64,000 nt of DNA, from NCBI GenBank assembly GCA_964016885.1, contig OZ024742.1, positions 269,452,001 to 269,516,000 of the forward strand. Reading direction: 5' to 3'. Shown one piece after another: positions 27,731 through 42,501 of the stretch. Position numbers and translations under genes: made by a program. The notes beneath the pieces were generated by a model. That model searched no databases and was not told where the DNA came from. It saw only the letters and a program-made list of their open reading frames with translations. Source of the DNA: Eledone cirrhosa (taxonomy: Eukaryota). How positions within the stretch are numbered: the first letter of the stretch is position 1; every line of letters starts with the position of its first letter.

Positions 27731-28981
27731 AGGTGTATGTATATGTGCCTTTGAGAAAAGATTCTAAATTGATAAAGAATTGAATATTAACTGTATACTT
27801 TGTGAAAAGTTCTATGGAATTTATGCAGGCAGATAGAAAACACATCTGAGCGTCTATTTATTATGGATTCTAGGTTAGAGATAATGGCAAATTTTTCATT
27901 TAGGCAGAGATTACAGATTTTAGATAGAGAGCTGTTCAAGTATGAGGATGCAGAAGAAATCTTTTTCCAAAAGATGTTATATTTAATGTTTTTGTCTTTT
28001 AAGGACCATATGAGTTCTGAGAGAGCAGTGTTAGTTCTTTGAAGTTTGTATTTGAAAGATGAATGATGATTATAGAGACGAGCTTTAAAAGAGGTGGGCA
28101 TTATACATTATACACTCTATAATACTCGTTTACTCATTACCCTCATTCTATCTCCTCGTAAAACAATAACATTTGTTTTTGACATTTTGAGTATTCATCC
28201 GCAATCATTATTATTTTTTCTCTCTATCATAAATCTTTTTAATCTCAATTTCATCCTTAATTTATTATTATTTTTTTCTCCCCATCAACGAACTCATTAT
28301 TAATACATATGAATTCAATATACAAACTTTAACTTCACATTATTTTTCTCAAATCCTTCTACACATAAACTTTTTCTCTTCGCTAATTTAAAAAATCCTA
28401 CATTTCTTCTTTTGACGTTAGAATATTCACCCACAATTATTATTTTTTTCTCTCTATCTTTATACATAATTTCCCTTCGTTAATTTTCAAATTCCTTTAA
28501 TTTATACATTATCTTCCAACGGTTCCCAACCTCTCTATATTAAAACATTATATCTTTTTCTCAGTTATAAAAACTATCTCTTTCTCTCTATCACCCATCT
28601 CTCCCTTTCCACCTTCACTCTCATCTCCTCCCCTTTTTTTCATCCTTTCCACCCCCCCCTCCCTAAATATAATATATTTTTTCCTCGCACATATCCTCCC
28701 TTCGTTAATTTTCAAAATTTTTAATTTATACAGTATCTTCCAACGGTTTTCAACCCCTCTATATAAAATATATCTCCTCTCAGTTATAAAAACTATCTCT
28801 TTCTCTCTATCACCCATCTCTCCCTCTCATCTCCTTCCCTTTTCATCCTTTTCTCTCCCCCCCCTCTCTAAATAAAATATTTTTCCCAATATCACACATC
28901 AATCTAAAACCACTTTTCATATGTTGATTTAAAACTGCACTATCAACAAGTGTTTTTTTAGCCTTCATATCATGTTCTCCT

Positions 28982-29050
28982 GTTTTATCTGATGAAAACA
29001 CAAATATTATTGTTTGATGATGTTTGTTTTTGAAATGCGCATAATAAAAT
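28982..29050 (+). ncRNA. Type-I hammerhead ribozyme, intact core (mirror copy at 26291-26359, minus)
   Basis: GTTTTAT-CTGATGA-[AAACACAAATATTA..TGATGTTTGTTTTT]-GAAAT-GCGC-ATA^ATAAAAT. Confidence 0.8.
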
Positions 29051-29120
29051 ATATTGAACTCCTTTAACCATCTTTTGATCTTATATTATATATATATATA
29101 TATTATATATATATATATTA

Positions 29121-29304
29121 GGGCGGTGAATTGGCAGTATCGGTAGAGGGTTGGACGCCATGCTTTCTAGCATAGTTACGTCCCTTTACTGTCTGAGTTC
29201 AAATCCCGCCGAGGTTAACTTTGCCTTTCATCCTTACGGGGTCGATAAAATAAAGTACCAGTAATGTACTGGGTAATTGCTGGCCTTGTGCCTAAAGTAG
29301 GAAC

Positions 29305-29310
<6 letters not shown>
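29121..29310 (+). mobile_element. Full-length tRNA-derived SINE
   Basis: A-box-like TGGCAGTATCGG, B-box GAGTTCAAATCCC and a conserved core. Other copies at 38925-39106, 23690-23748, 39657-39716 and 60576-60673. Confidence 0.88.
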
Positions 29311-29353
<43 letters not shown>

Positions 29354-29461
29354 AATATATATACATATATATATATAAATATATATACATATTTATATGC
29401 ATGTATGTATGTATGTATGTATATATATATAAATATATATACATATTTATATGCATGTATG

Positions 29462-29514
<53 letters not shown>

Positions 29515-29516
<2 letters not shown>

Positions 29517-30563
29517 ATAATAATAAATTTGAAGACTAAAATCCAAAGAGGCTTCGATAAGGATAAGCACCGATTCTTTGCTTAAACTACAATCTATTAT
29601 TTTAATAAATATATATAAAGAATTAGTATATCTACGAACATATATATACACAGATGTATACCTATGCAAGCAAATATATAGGTTTTGTCTTTGCAACTTT
29701 GTGGTTCAATGTATGGGGATGCAGAACAATTATATCAAAAACGTACAAGAAAATTAAAGTAATTAGCTTACTTATTTAAATTTCACTCCAACTAATTAGT
29801 TTCTGAAAGGGAATATACATAGTCTCCAAATGGAGATCATGGAGAAACCTTTTCGTCATCAGGGAGTCATTATCAGCTAAGAGACCTTGCGATGCGTGGA
29901 CATAGGGAACTTATACAAACATATTCAGTGGATTGAAAAGAGCAAGCGGGGACTAAATTCCAAGACACTGAAAAAAATCACTGCGTTTTTGTTCGGTGGC
30001 AAATTCAAAAGAATCAATCACGTGACATCGAGGTTAATCAGTAAGGAGCGGGGTGCTAAAAAGACAGTAGCCAAGCTGTTATTATTTTACGTTTTTCATA
30101 TAATTTTTCTGCATCCCCTTGCATTGAACCACCAAGTTACTAAGACAAAACCTATATATTTCCGTGCATAGGTATACATCTGTGTATATATATATGTTGG
30201 TAGATATACTAATTCTTTATAATTATCTCCAAATTATTTTGTTGAGCAAAAATTTGCCAAAATTACTACTATAGTTCATAGTAACAGCTTGGCTACTGTC
30301 TTTTTAACACCCCACTCCTCACTGATTAACCTCGATGTCACGTGATTGATTCTTTTGAATTTGCCACCGAACAAAAAGGTAGTGATTTTTTCAATGTCTT
30401 GGAATTTAGTCCCCGCTTGCTCTTTTCCATCCACTGAATATTTTTGTATAAGTTCCCTGTGTCCGCGCATCGCCAGGTGTCTTAGCTGATAATGACTCCC
30501 TGATGACGAAAAGGTTTCCCCATGATCTCCATTTGTAGACTATGTATATTCCCTTTCAGAAAC

Positions 30564-30570
<7 letters not shown>
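29515..30570. mobile_element. Fold-back HHR element related to the 24893-25935 family
   Basis: Intact HHR at 29785-29867(-). The inverted arm 30082-30569 is circularly permuted and ends in stem III. Confidence 0.82.
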
Positions 30571-30607
<37 letters not shown>

Positions 30608-30744
30608 CATGAAGTAAATGGAAATTAAAAAATCTGGATTTCATTGTTTGGATATATTACTTAGATTAATTGTACCTATGTAACCTTTTAGAATCCCAGG
30701 CAAAACATCCACCTTGGTTAATATATATATATTTATATTTATAT

Positions 30745-32420
30745 ATATATATAACATAAAATACCTCAATCCTGCATAACAAAAAGCCGAGTGATCTTCA
30801 AGTTGGCAGACAACATCAGACAGCTATTCAGTAAAAGTATGAAGTCCTGAGAAACAGAGCTAACATCAGGTGAAGAATCCTTGGGGGGCGTTAAGATCAA
30901 GAGAGGTATCTTCCAATGAGATAGTTTGCCCTCTTTGTTGTTTGTCCTTACCTCATACCATTGTCCCTCGTATTGCGAAAAGTGAAAGTAGGATAAAGGC
31001 TGAGAAAAGGAGAGCTTACCATCTGGCACGTTGTTTTCGTGGATGAACTCTTTGGAAAAAGTGAGAACGAGTTGCAGGTACTAGTTAACACCGTACATAT
31101 GTTCAGCAATAATATATGTATGGAATATGGTGTTCATAAAATTGGATACCTACTGATGAAGAGGGGTAAATTGAACAGAAACAACGGAATCCAGGTACCA
31201 ACCGGTGATATGCTAAAGTAAATCCACACTGAAGAGGGATGCACATATTTGATTGTTCTGGAGGGAGATTACATCTGGAGCGATAAAATGAAAGAATTGA
31301 TAAAATCTGAATACATAAGGCGAATAATGAACATAATAAAATCACATCTAAATAGTCGGAATGTCATCAGTTCAGTAAATTCGCGAGCTGTGTCTATTAT
31401 TAGGTAGAGTGCGGGAATTCTGAAGTGGAATATTACTGAACAAAAATAAATTGATAGGAAGACTAGTAAGCTAATTACTACCTACAGCAGGTTCCACAAG
31501 AGGAACGATATTGATAGCATCTACGTAAAGAGATCTGAGGTTGGGAGAGGTCTTATCAGCGTAGAGGACTGTTTTAGATGGAGAAGTGCGAGCAGTATCT
31601 ACAAATATGTGTCTGAGAGTAGGGAGCCAATGCTCAAAGTTATACTGAAGGAAAAGACAATAGGCCAGGGGATATCCAAGGAGGAAATAACAATGCAAAA
31701 GGGAAAGAACAATTAGCATCAAACTGGGAGCAGAGACCTCTGCATGGCAAAAATGTGGCCCGGAGCAAAAAAGCTGATGTTGACCAAAATCACTGCCATC
31801 AGTGGCTACGTAACTCAGGGCTAAATGCAGAGAGCGATGGCTTTATCTTAGCTGCCGAAGATGAAACTTTACTGAGACAGAATAATGAGGCCAATGTGAT
31901 GAGAAATGGAGTAAAGCTAACGTACATATTCTGTAATGTTGAGGTTGAAGAAGTGGATCTCTTAGTTTCTGGATGTAAAGTTTTAGCCCCAGAAGAGTAC
32001 AAATATAGATATAACAGACTTGCCGATATCTATACTTATCGGCATTATAAAATCAGAGCTGCGGAACTCTAACTGTAACTGAAGGATAAAAAGTGACTAT
32101 GGGACTTTCCTGTACATACTTACCGTACCATAAAGGCTAGTAGACCAGCTATCATTGTAGAAGACCAACATTCCATTGGATCACAATATCGCGTCAAAAT
32201 AATTTGACAAGCTACGAAAATATAACGATCTGCTTATTGAAATCGATAAAATGTGGCAAATAAAAGACGTTAGAAATCCAATGATTGTGGGAGCACTAGG
32301 AATGATCAAATAAGGAACAGAAAAGTATTTGAGAATAATTCCTGGTTTCCTCTCTCAGCAAGAGGTGCCACAAATTATTTTTACTGGTACTGCACAAGTA
32401 TTGAGAAGAGCACTATTCTC
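30745..32420 (+). mobile_element. Degenerate R4/Dong-clade LINE (RT to RLE)
   Basis: KIKRGIFQ*DSL, LFVDELFGK, WLRNSGLNAESDGFILAAED, VGALG. Similar to 62720-64000. Confidence 0.85.
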
Positions 32421-32612
32421 TGAAAGAATGACATCCCTCCTTGTATGTATGTGTAGATGTGTGTGTGTGTGCGTACGTGCATGCATATCTTTTATTTATA
32501 TGTATGTATATATGTATGTGTATGTGTGTGTATGTATATGTATGAGTGTGTGTATGCATGTGTGTGTATATGTGTGTGTATGTGTGTATATATATATATG
32601 TATAAATATATA

Positions 32613-32711
<99 letters not shown>

Positions 32712-33299
32712 ATATATATTTTTTTTTTAAGCTGTAAATTATTATCAATATGGTGTTAATTAGTTTACCAATGTATACAGTGAGTCTATTTGCACTAGGT
32801 GTAAGGAAGACCCTCGGTATATAACAACAACAGAAACAATACTGAATGAAAGGAAAAAACAATGATAATAATAACAATAATGAGATTACCAAAACCCATT
32901 ATCAAGATAACGTCTCAGTCGTTATTTTGGTAATGTATTGTAGCGTTATTTACTGTCACTTTGAAAATTATTGAAGTTAATGAACTTACGTTTTATTTCA
33001 CAAGTGGAAGTGTCGCTGTTGAATATATAAAAAAAGATCAATAACAAGCACCAGTATTAGGGAAAAGGGTAGCTTTAATTGGACCCCATGTCCTGCTAAT
33101 ATCGTCTTGGTATTCGGCAACTTCATTGGATCACGAACCACACTGGCGCGTGGTATAAACCCATACTAGGGTGAGAGGCTATGAGAGAGTACCCAGGCAG
33201 ATAAGTAGCCACTTATCAACATGATGGTACAAACAAGAAGTAAATCATACAGCGTAGGTAGCAATGCGGAATTCTAAGACCCTTTTATCTCGGCGAGGA

Positions 33300-35600
33300 A
33301 GCACATCCAGCTAAAAAAATAATTAAATGGAACAACCCTCTCCCATACACAACCTAGTTACCCTCATACCGAGAACAGACCTCACAAAGCGCCACATGGT
33401 GTCAACACGGAGCCACAGGGTGTAAATGCTAAAAGAACACGAGAAACATGGACCAGAGGGGAATACAAAACAGTGATGATTGCGTTATATACTGCCATAC
33501 TTTTTCCTAGAGCGAACTCGTCAACGGAAGAAACCTTTAGTATCTAGAGGAATTCCAGCCCTAGCTACAGAGAATACATGGGCACGAACAATTTAGCTAA
33601 TGTGAGATGAGAGACTATGTGGAGCAAAAGACTCACTGAATCAGAACTTGAAAGCAACAAAGCAGAGATACGTGAGCAACATAAAAAGGAGACATGCATA
33701 CAACAGAATCAGCAGATACTGAAACTCCCACAGATGAGAATCTCCCTGACCATGAATATGTAGGTGATGGCTCACTGGTTGATGCTGCTGTCTAGACAAT
33801 GAAGCAAGATATTATGTGTGAGTGGGAGATTCTGAAAATGCAGGACTCAATAGAACGAACAAAACTCTAGAACGTGCCCAAAGTCATGCGTCAGCTAAAG
33901 AGGAATGTAAACCTACTTTCAAAAATACTTGAGGTAATCAGATTGGAACACGGAAAACCATTGACGATGAGATTAACCAGCTGCATTATGTTATTGCAAA
34001 CGCGATTGCTGGCAAACTGTACACCAAAATACTAACGGGGAAATTAAATACAACGGGAATACCGAAATGTCAGAGACAGCTGGAGAACAAAATTGCAGAG
34101 TTGAGGAGAGTTGTCGCTCTCGTATCTAAAATAGATAATGAAACTGACATCAATCCCCCAATGCTATCTAAGCTGAGGAAGATGTACACAGCCACAGGAA
34201 TTAGACAGAAAAGAAATTGCTGAATCAATTAAGGTGCAAAGGCGCAGAGACTAAGAAGATGGAAAAAAAGAGCTAACGTTTTAAACAAAACAAAAAACTT
34301 TGCCGAAGATGACAAAATATTTTACAGACAGTTAGGTAAAAGAAATATTCAAATAAGACAACCACTTATGCTTGACGAGCTTGAGCACTTTTGTGCAATT
34401 ATATTTGGAAAAGCTAAAATCCACAGCTCCAATGCCACATGGCTGGAACGATTGCTAATATTTGCTTGCACCTAGGAATGGAATGTGATCAGCTCACATG
34501 AAATAAAAAAAGCAGTCAGCAATGTTGGAAACATGAAATCCCCGGGCAGAGATGCCTTGCAGAATTTCTGGCTGAAACATCTGGATGTGCTCCATGATGT
34601 CTTGGCTGCTGAAATCTACAGGTTTGTAGCACACCGAAGAGAGGTCCCAAAGGGATGACAGTTGTTATGGATTTGCAAGACATACCCATATAAAATTACA
34701 CAATATTCCTTCAATACTAACTATGATTGTGAGTATCAAAGTAAAGAAAGTGCAACTAACGGAACGAGACCGTGAATGGAAGGCAAAACCACTTTATGAT
34801 CGATTCCTGGAAAAACGTTCTGACAATGTCATCGATCAGCATAGCTCGCTATCCTGGCTCGGAAGAGTTGGTTTGAAAGCAGAGACTGGGAGTTTCTTAG
34901 GTGCTGCAAAAGAGCAATCTCTAAACATTCGGACCTATAGACACACAATAGTCAAATATGTGACAAGCCTTCTGTACAGAATATGCTATAAACATGAAGA
35001 AATGGTAGATCATGTTATTTCAGAGTGCCCAGAGCAGTCAAAAACTGACTATATGGAAAGGTAAAACTGCATTGCGAAATATGTGCATTGGATGCACATA
35101 AACATTCTGACAAATGGCATGAGCATCAACCAAAAACAATGATGGAAAATGGCAACATATCCATCATATAGGATATACCTATGATACTCGACCGAGAAAT
35201 CACCTCCAACAGTCCAGATATTACCATAAAAAACAAAACAGATCGGATATGTAGCGTTATTATTATTTACGTACCAGCTAACATGAACACAACTATAACA
35301 ATAACGGAAAAAAACTGTGAAGATACAATGTCCTGGAAATAGAGATCAATCGCATGTGGTGTATCACCACTGATACTATCCTTGTGATAATAGGAGCATT
35401 ATGATTAATACTCAACTAACCAGAGGTGCACCTTCGCGTTCTTGCATGGGAGATCAGCAAATATGAGCTACAGACGATCGGGATACTAGGAACAGCACAC
35501 ATTCTCAGACGAGTTCTCTCTCTCTTCAATAAAACATCTATTGCCCTAGGTTAACGGCTTGAACCCGGCAATAGAGATACAGAACTGAGTTAAACGAAAT
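33300..35600 (+). mobile_element. Degenerate, internally deleted R4/Dong-clade LINE
   Basis: N-terminal TWTRGEYKTVM..NNLANVR, KSPGRDALQNFWLK, WLGRVGLKAETGSFLGAAKEQSL, RIC..EMVDHVISEC. Confidence 0.8.
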
Positions 35601-35619
35601 AACAGAACAATATCACAAA

Positions 35620-36734
35620 TAGTAATATGGGTTTAGATCCATATCCAGTGATTTCGATCTTGTTGTTTAACATCTGCTCAACAAAATCGTTTGGATCATA
35701 CGCAAAGGAATAATTATAATACAACATCCCTGCCAGATGTCTAAAGCTATGAAAAGAATGTAATTATTGTGTCGACCTTTTAACATATTAAAACATCAAA
35801 TTACTCATAAATTCATCAACTGAAACAGCCAGTATCCTGTTAGTACACAATAAATATCCACATCTAAGCTTGAAGAGTACTGTATAACATTTCGTGGATA
35901 AAGCTCTGATCATCAATTTATAATAAATCCACAAAGAACATGTTCTGGGTGAAGGAAGTGTCATCAGCCAGCAGTCCTCTGAAGGATTTATAAAATACGA
36001 CCGTGTATCGCCTGTGTAGCATTAACCTCTATTCTGCTATCAAATGACAGTAGCAGTGGCCGACTGGCTGGGGTTGACGTCAAAGCTTAAAAGCAGCATG
36101 ACATCACCAATACAGAGCACACTACCACAATTAAAGAAAAACAATTGGGACTTAATTATAATAAGTGTTAGATCGATATCACTGGATATCTATCTTCTTG
36201 TTGACAATTTGCTCAACCAAATTGTTTGGAGCATAAGCAAATGATTATTTGTAATGCAACATCCCAGCCAGATTATTCTTCGAGCAAACCTTAGGCGGTG
36301 GATACCTACTAGAAAATCTACAGGTCAAACCAACTAATCTCGCTGTAATAATGTTTCCAAGAGCAAATTGGGTTCTAACAACTTTATCAACCGCCCTACA
36401 GGCGGATATACTCTGGATAGGATATACTCCGTCGATAATATAATTACAAAAACAAAAACATAAAAAAATATCTGTCTGATGACAACACTTCAAATGATTA
36501 TTACGCAACTAATGTTGATGCCTTCCAAATGCTTGTTTTTGATATGCCGTCTATCGTATGGAACACAATGCTATCAGTCCAGTGAAAGGCGTGCTTATGA
36601 TGTACAAAATAATGGTGATGTGCAAAGAAGGGGTGGAATATATTGTTCTATCATAATATGTGGTGGGGTATGACGCAAGACTGAGGTCTAAAGTTACTAG
36701 GTAAAGTCAGCCGCTTCGATATATAAGGGGTTAA
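35620..36734 (+). mobile_element. Possible decayed piggyBac-like DNA transposon
   Basis: Ends in AAGGGG-TTAA after a Cys-containing decayed segment. No left terminal repeat found. Confidence 0.3.
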
Positions 36735-36784
36735 ACAGTAGGGTAGTAAATTAGTTATTTGTTTTCTTCCTATTATTCTTGCAG

Positions 36785-37020
36785 AACCGTTGGGGGCAAC
36801 TTTGAATTTCAACTGCTGGTGCCGGATTCACACTCCAACTTTATCACGCTTGTCTGATACAGCAAACAGGCCAAACTCTAAAGACCCAAACGGGGAGTAC
36901 GTTGAAAAACAGTGCCCCAAAACGGGGAAATTTTACATAATGAAAGTTATACACATTTTCACAAAAGAAGACGTCTCTCACCCTCCCAAATGTGGTTTGG
37001 AGATCTCCCCGTTGGGCGGG
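36785..37020 (+). CDS. Candidate internal exon of a host (pseudo)gene
   Basis: Polypyrimidine tract plus tgcag| acceptor and GGG|gtgagt donor. Open frame PLGATLNFNCWC...KVIHIFTKEDVSHPPKCGLEISPLGG. Confidence 0.4.
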
Positions 37021-38924
37021 GTGAGTTGACAGGCCTCATATTAGGGTGAATTGTGTTAATAGGTAGAGTGTACAGAGATTTCTGTGACCGTGAGTTTTAA
37101 GTTTAAGAAAAGATATGTGTGAGGCCGTGCATACACCCCACCCCCTAACACACAACCACACTCCACGACAACATACGCACTCTACATACGTGGGTGTATA
37201 TAAACGTATATTACTTATCAAACGTATATTACTTATGAAACCGAAATTAAACGTTGACCTCCATTAGAATGAAAATCAAAATACTGCAAATAAATAATTA
37301 TGTCTAGCATTGGTACAATGCCTGCAATTTGGCGGTAGGGGTCGACCACATTACTTAACAGGTACCTCGTTTTAATCACCCCAGTGGGATAGAACTCGTA
37401 ACTAATTAAGACAATACATATTTTGTGACGCTCTACGGATTATGTCATTCCTGTAGCATTTTCTAAGACACCGTATAATTTAATAAAATACTTTCTTTGC
37501 CTATGTTCGCTAACAACATATCAAAATGTTCAAGTATTAATTATCACATTCCATATTTCAAATTCTATTCATGTTTCATTTTGAATATTGTATTCTACAT
37601 ATTTATATTCAACAAAATCCTTTCCTTTTATTTGATACATGTTTTAACAAGCGTTTTTTTTTTATGGTACATTACAAATATACCATTTACCGTCATTTAC
37701 GATTTGATGGCAATTGTATTATAATATAAGGGAATCTATTGAAATGTCTGACATTATAGTAATGGAAATAGAGAAAAAACTTTCTCCGAAAATACACATC
37801 TGAAATATTCGACATTTACCAAATACTTTGTAAAAATGTTATTTGGAAAAAGAATCCCCCATTTAAACCAGTTCTTTTCTAACGCCAAATGTCAATGGTC
37901 TTTGACTGTAGAACCATGTCATATGAATGGTTGAAATCAGATCTATTAGTACACAAGTATATGAGTTCCAAATGGAATGTTTGTCATTTTGAAAAATGTC
38001 ATTGGAATTTGTTTTCATTCATATTTTGTTTAAATTGATATTCAGTATATGGATATACGCACGAAAGCCAAAGCTGTTTCTTAGAAGAAAAACACCTATT
38101 CGTAATTCCTAAAAACTGATCTAGTATATATTTACTTCCATGCTGCGCCATTAAGATTTATAACCATACTACTCTGTATTCAGCTAAAAGTTTAGAACGA
38201 ATAATCTGGGAAAATCTTCACAAATTATGCCAGCAATCGTTGCTATATGTTTTCCTGGTAAATTCTGCCTTTTCCTCTCTAGAATAAAGATCGTAACACA
38301 TTAATGTTGCATCTCACTCTTCCGCCTGGTAATATTTTAATTTATTTCAAGCTTTATTGCTCAATCAACTCATACTTTTGCCATGCATCTGCCCGAGCCA
38401 GACAACGAGGTGTCTTGGCCTGATAACACACCGTTAAAAGCGTATCAAAATAGGGCACCAAGTTCTGAAAAGAGTTAAAATCAGGGCTCCACTAACTAGT
38501 GACCGATAAAGGCATATGAACTTTGATACATTATTGTGTATAGGCATAAACAGCGATTATATTTTGTTGAATAGTTGTGTAACAATATTTTCCACACGTT
38601 AATATATATTAATAATCCAAATCTGATCTAAATAGGTATACAAGATAAGCAAGATTTATACAAAAAATAGACACGTATGTAATTGTTCGTGCATTCATAT
38701 AGAGTCATTACTCATAAACAGGGGTTACAATAAATAAAAAGTTGAGACGTAATCATCATTGTTTAATTCTTAACTACAGAAACATATCATTATTCAAATT
38801 TCCTCAATTTCCATGGCGGTCAAATCAACTGAAGTGCATTTACGGGACATATGTAATAATTACCGAGCGATCGTCATTATTACTAACATTTTACTAATAT
38901 TTGGACTACATTATTTTCTTGGGA

Positions 38925-39106
38925 TTGGCATTATCGGTAGAGGGTCGGACGCCATGCTTTGACACATAGAGTTACGGCCCTTGCCATTCTGAGTTCAAAT
39001 CCTGTCAAGGTTAACTTTGCCTTTCATCCTTACGTGGTCGATAAAATAAAGTACCAGTAACACACTGGGTAATTGCTGGCCTTGTGCCAAATGTAGACAC
39101 AATTAT
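38925..39106 (+). mobile_element. tRNA-derived SINE
   Basis: Same family as 29121-29310. Confidence 0.85.
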
Positions 39107-41646
39107 TTTCTTATTTTCTTAGACATAAGTATTTTTCGGCGAATGTTGCAGGATATAATTAGGTGCTTTATCAGTTTCCAGTTTCACAGTATATAAATGC
39201 TGTTCTCATCATTTATATATATATCTTATAAAGAGCTGGTATTTTTTCTTAGATGACTAACAAATACGTTGTCACTTCATTGATATATACATTTCCTATT
39301 CGGTCAACTTAGACTATTCTTTGATTAGGGCGATTTGTTGCAAAGCGTGACGCCAATTCTATAGACCTGTTGTCTGAAATTCGAGATAAACATGCCTGTG
39401 TTCAGACATACACACACATACACTAATATATATATTCGCGATAAATATAATTCCACCTTCTCTCCACGATTTTTAAAATATCAAGTTAACCAGGAGCATA
39501 GACTTGGATATCCACATATAAGCACACATACATATAAACACTCAATAAGCCAGATATCTATACACACAACCACTTCATAACCATATTTAAAAATAGGCCA
39601 CTTATGTGAAGATAATTTACAATTGGATAGACAATGTATGCCATTATTTGGACAAACAAAGTACCAGTAATGCACTGGGTAATTGCTGGCCTTGTGCCAA
39701 AAGTAGAAACAATTATTTGGACAAACTATAACCCCTGATGATACAACCATTTAAGCAATAAAACATTCAGCAATCAGACTTGAACTAGCTGCTTATAAGG
39801 CAAGCACTCTATCTCGGGTTCCCGAGTCTTTATGATATAAACATACTCTACTACCCCACGTATCAAGTACGCAGTTGAGTAATGATCTGACCAGTTTCAA
39901 ATTGAATCCATCCTGATTTATATATGCATACACACACACACACGTACGCTCTCTCTCTCTCTCACACACACCCACACACATATGTATATAGATATATATG
40001 TATATATATATATTTACACATACATACGTACGTACACAACATATCTGTTTGTGACTACTATTATTTGCTTGCGTTCAGGAATGTGCGAGCACGCACGTGT
40101 CAAAGTAAATTTGTTTGATTCATTCCACCATATTTAAATATGTAATAAAATTCATTCATATTGTCAATCGCACATATAATATTTTGTGACAAATTCGATT
40201 TACAATTAATTCCACTGGGGATTTCACAGAAAATTATAACAAATTGTTAGACAGTTAGATGAAAAGATGCAATGGAAAGAAAGTGTCCGTTAGAGAATCG
40301 AATAGAAAATCCTTCTTTACATAGAAATAGAAAGTAAATGTATGGTAAATATCTTGTATCTTTGCTAATCACGATTCTACCTAATATAATGATGGGACGA
40401 AGATAATAACTAAATAGCAACATTTGGCCCCTTCACAAAAATAAGATAACGGCATGGAATGTTAAGCCCGTGTTATTTACCATTACCACGGGTCGGGACG
40501 ATAGATTCAGTGAACCTGGTCTCAGCGAAACTACTTGAAAGACAATTCTATGAATTGTAACCGTAAATTGATGGATTAGCACTGTCAAACCGCTCCACAG
40601 TTTGCTCCTCAGATAATTTCATTCTGGGCTTCTGAATAGTTAAGACGTTACGTGTTAATTTCTAGACAAATGCGTTCTGCTGGAAAACAACTGGAACAAA
40701 GAACGATGTAAGTGCCAAAGTTTTATATACCTTATCTTAATGTGATCACCTTATGCTGATGTGATTAAAATAAAATGAAGATGGGTGTAAAAACGTTGTT
40801 ACAAGTTGCATACTCAGCTAAGTAAATCAAATGAAACTTTCGATAGAAAGTTATACAGGGAAGATGAAATGACTTATATTATAGTTACCACTTTAAGAAG
40901 AGTTACATATACAGTTTTATCTTGAGAAGTGTATAATCTGTAAGAAAATAATACCATTGTCAGATAAGATATTTTAGAAGTAATTTTTATTTCCTAGATA
41001 AATGCCAAACGCTATAAGAACCAAGCAATTTATTTTATTTCTTTAGCGTGTGTTTTAGCCAGAATTTAAATAAGATTATATATATTATAGAGCACAATTT
41101 AAGCGGTGGGCAAAACCCCAAACAGGTACACAATTAAATGTAGTCAGCAAAACAAAAAAGGAGAAAATATAAATGTAGTCTCATACACATACATAGATGC
41201 ACATATACAGATAAATTCAATCTCACATCCATCATATATATAAATACACACTAACACTCAGACACTCATACATACACACACATATATATTTAGAGAGAGA
41301 GAGAGAGAGTGTGAGAGAGAGAGAAAGAGAGAGAGAGAGAGATGTGTATGTGTACGTATTCCAATCTCAGTCTTATTTCTTCCCATCCTCCAGTCAGGCG
41401 ATTTAGGCAGTCAGTTATAAATACGCTCACTCACACACACACTCTCACACAGGCACAGACGACCACGCACACACATATGTCGGTGCAGGTATGTATTGCA
41501 ATATGGCCATATGTATATACATACATATACATATATATATGATTACATGTGTGTATATATATATATACAGATCTGAATGTGGGTTTGCATGTATATATGT
41601 ATAATGTGTGCATGTATGTATGCATATATATAGGTATATATATGTG

Positions 41647-41729
<83 letters not shown>

Positions 41730-42432
41730 GTGTGTGAGTGTGTGTGTATTTATGTAAGCCGGGCGTGGGGAGATGAGGAAAAAATATATAGAAACTTTTT
41801 CACGATGTCTCTTGAAGTATTTGCCAATAAAAAGATTGAAATATTTAAGCAGAAACGTAATATGTCTACCAAAGAGATATATTTAAGAGTCACGTTTTAA
41901 GTTGTAATGCATAAAGTTGATGCCAGATATATTTTGCCAATAACATGGACAAAAATATATTACGTCTTCTGCCAGCACTTTTCATATTTTATGATTAACA
42001 TTTAGACATTAATGATATATATTTACAAGATCATCACATATGCAAAAGCATAGAAACGAACATTCATACGTAGAGTTATGTACACATACGCACGCACGCG
42101 CGCACATATACAGTCATATATACATGCATGGATACATACAATCATGAATGTGTCTGTACTTGTGTATGCATTCTGTACATAAATATATGCATATATATAT
42201 ATATTGAGAGTTGAAAATTGCAAACTTATCTGTCAACATTCAATTTGAACCTGAAGATTGCGAAAGCATGAAAGTACTTGTTCAATTAACATTTAACATT
42301 CTACCATACTATTTCATTCTAATACCATTATAAATTTTAAAGGATTGTAAATAAAACGAGTAAATCAGACAAAGTTGGAATTCCTTTTATTAATATAATC
42401 TTCTATACACATCATACACACCCGTGTATATT

Positions 42433-42499
<67 letters not shown>

Positions 42500-42501
<2 letters not shown>

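Larger units (their letters stand above)
26163..29088 (-). mobile_element. Penelope-like element with near-identical inverted arms of about 990 bp (26253-27240 and 28097-29088) around a GIY-YIG fragment
   Basis: ORF 27787-28101: FKARLYNHHSSF..TALSELIWSLK..CNLCLNEK..INRRSDVFSICLH. HHRs at 26291-26359(-) and 28982-29050(+). Confidence 0.9.

Noticed and set aside
29121-29215. tRNA gene
   Set aside because: It has only A/B-box similarity and continues into a multi-copy SINE body. No cloverleaf is evident.
36470-39760. Lone CTGATGA motifs near 36476 and 39735
   Set aside because: No matching GAAA/NUH or stem I, so they are not counted as ribozymes.
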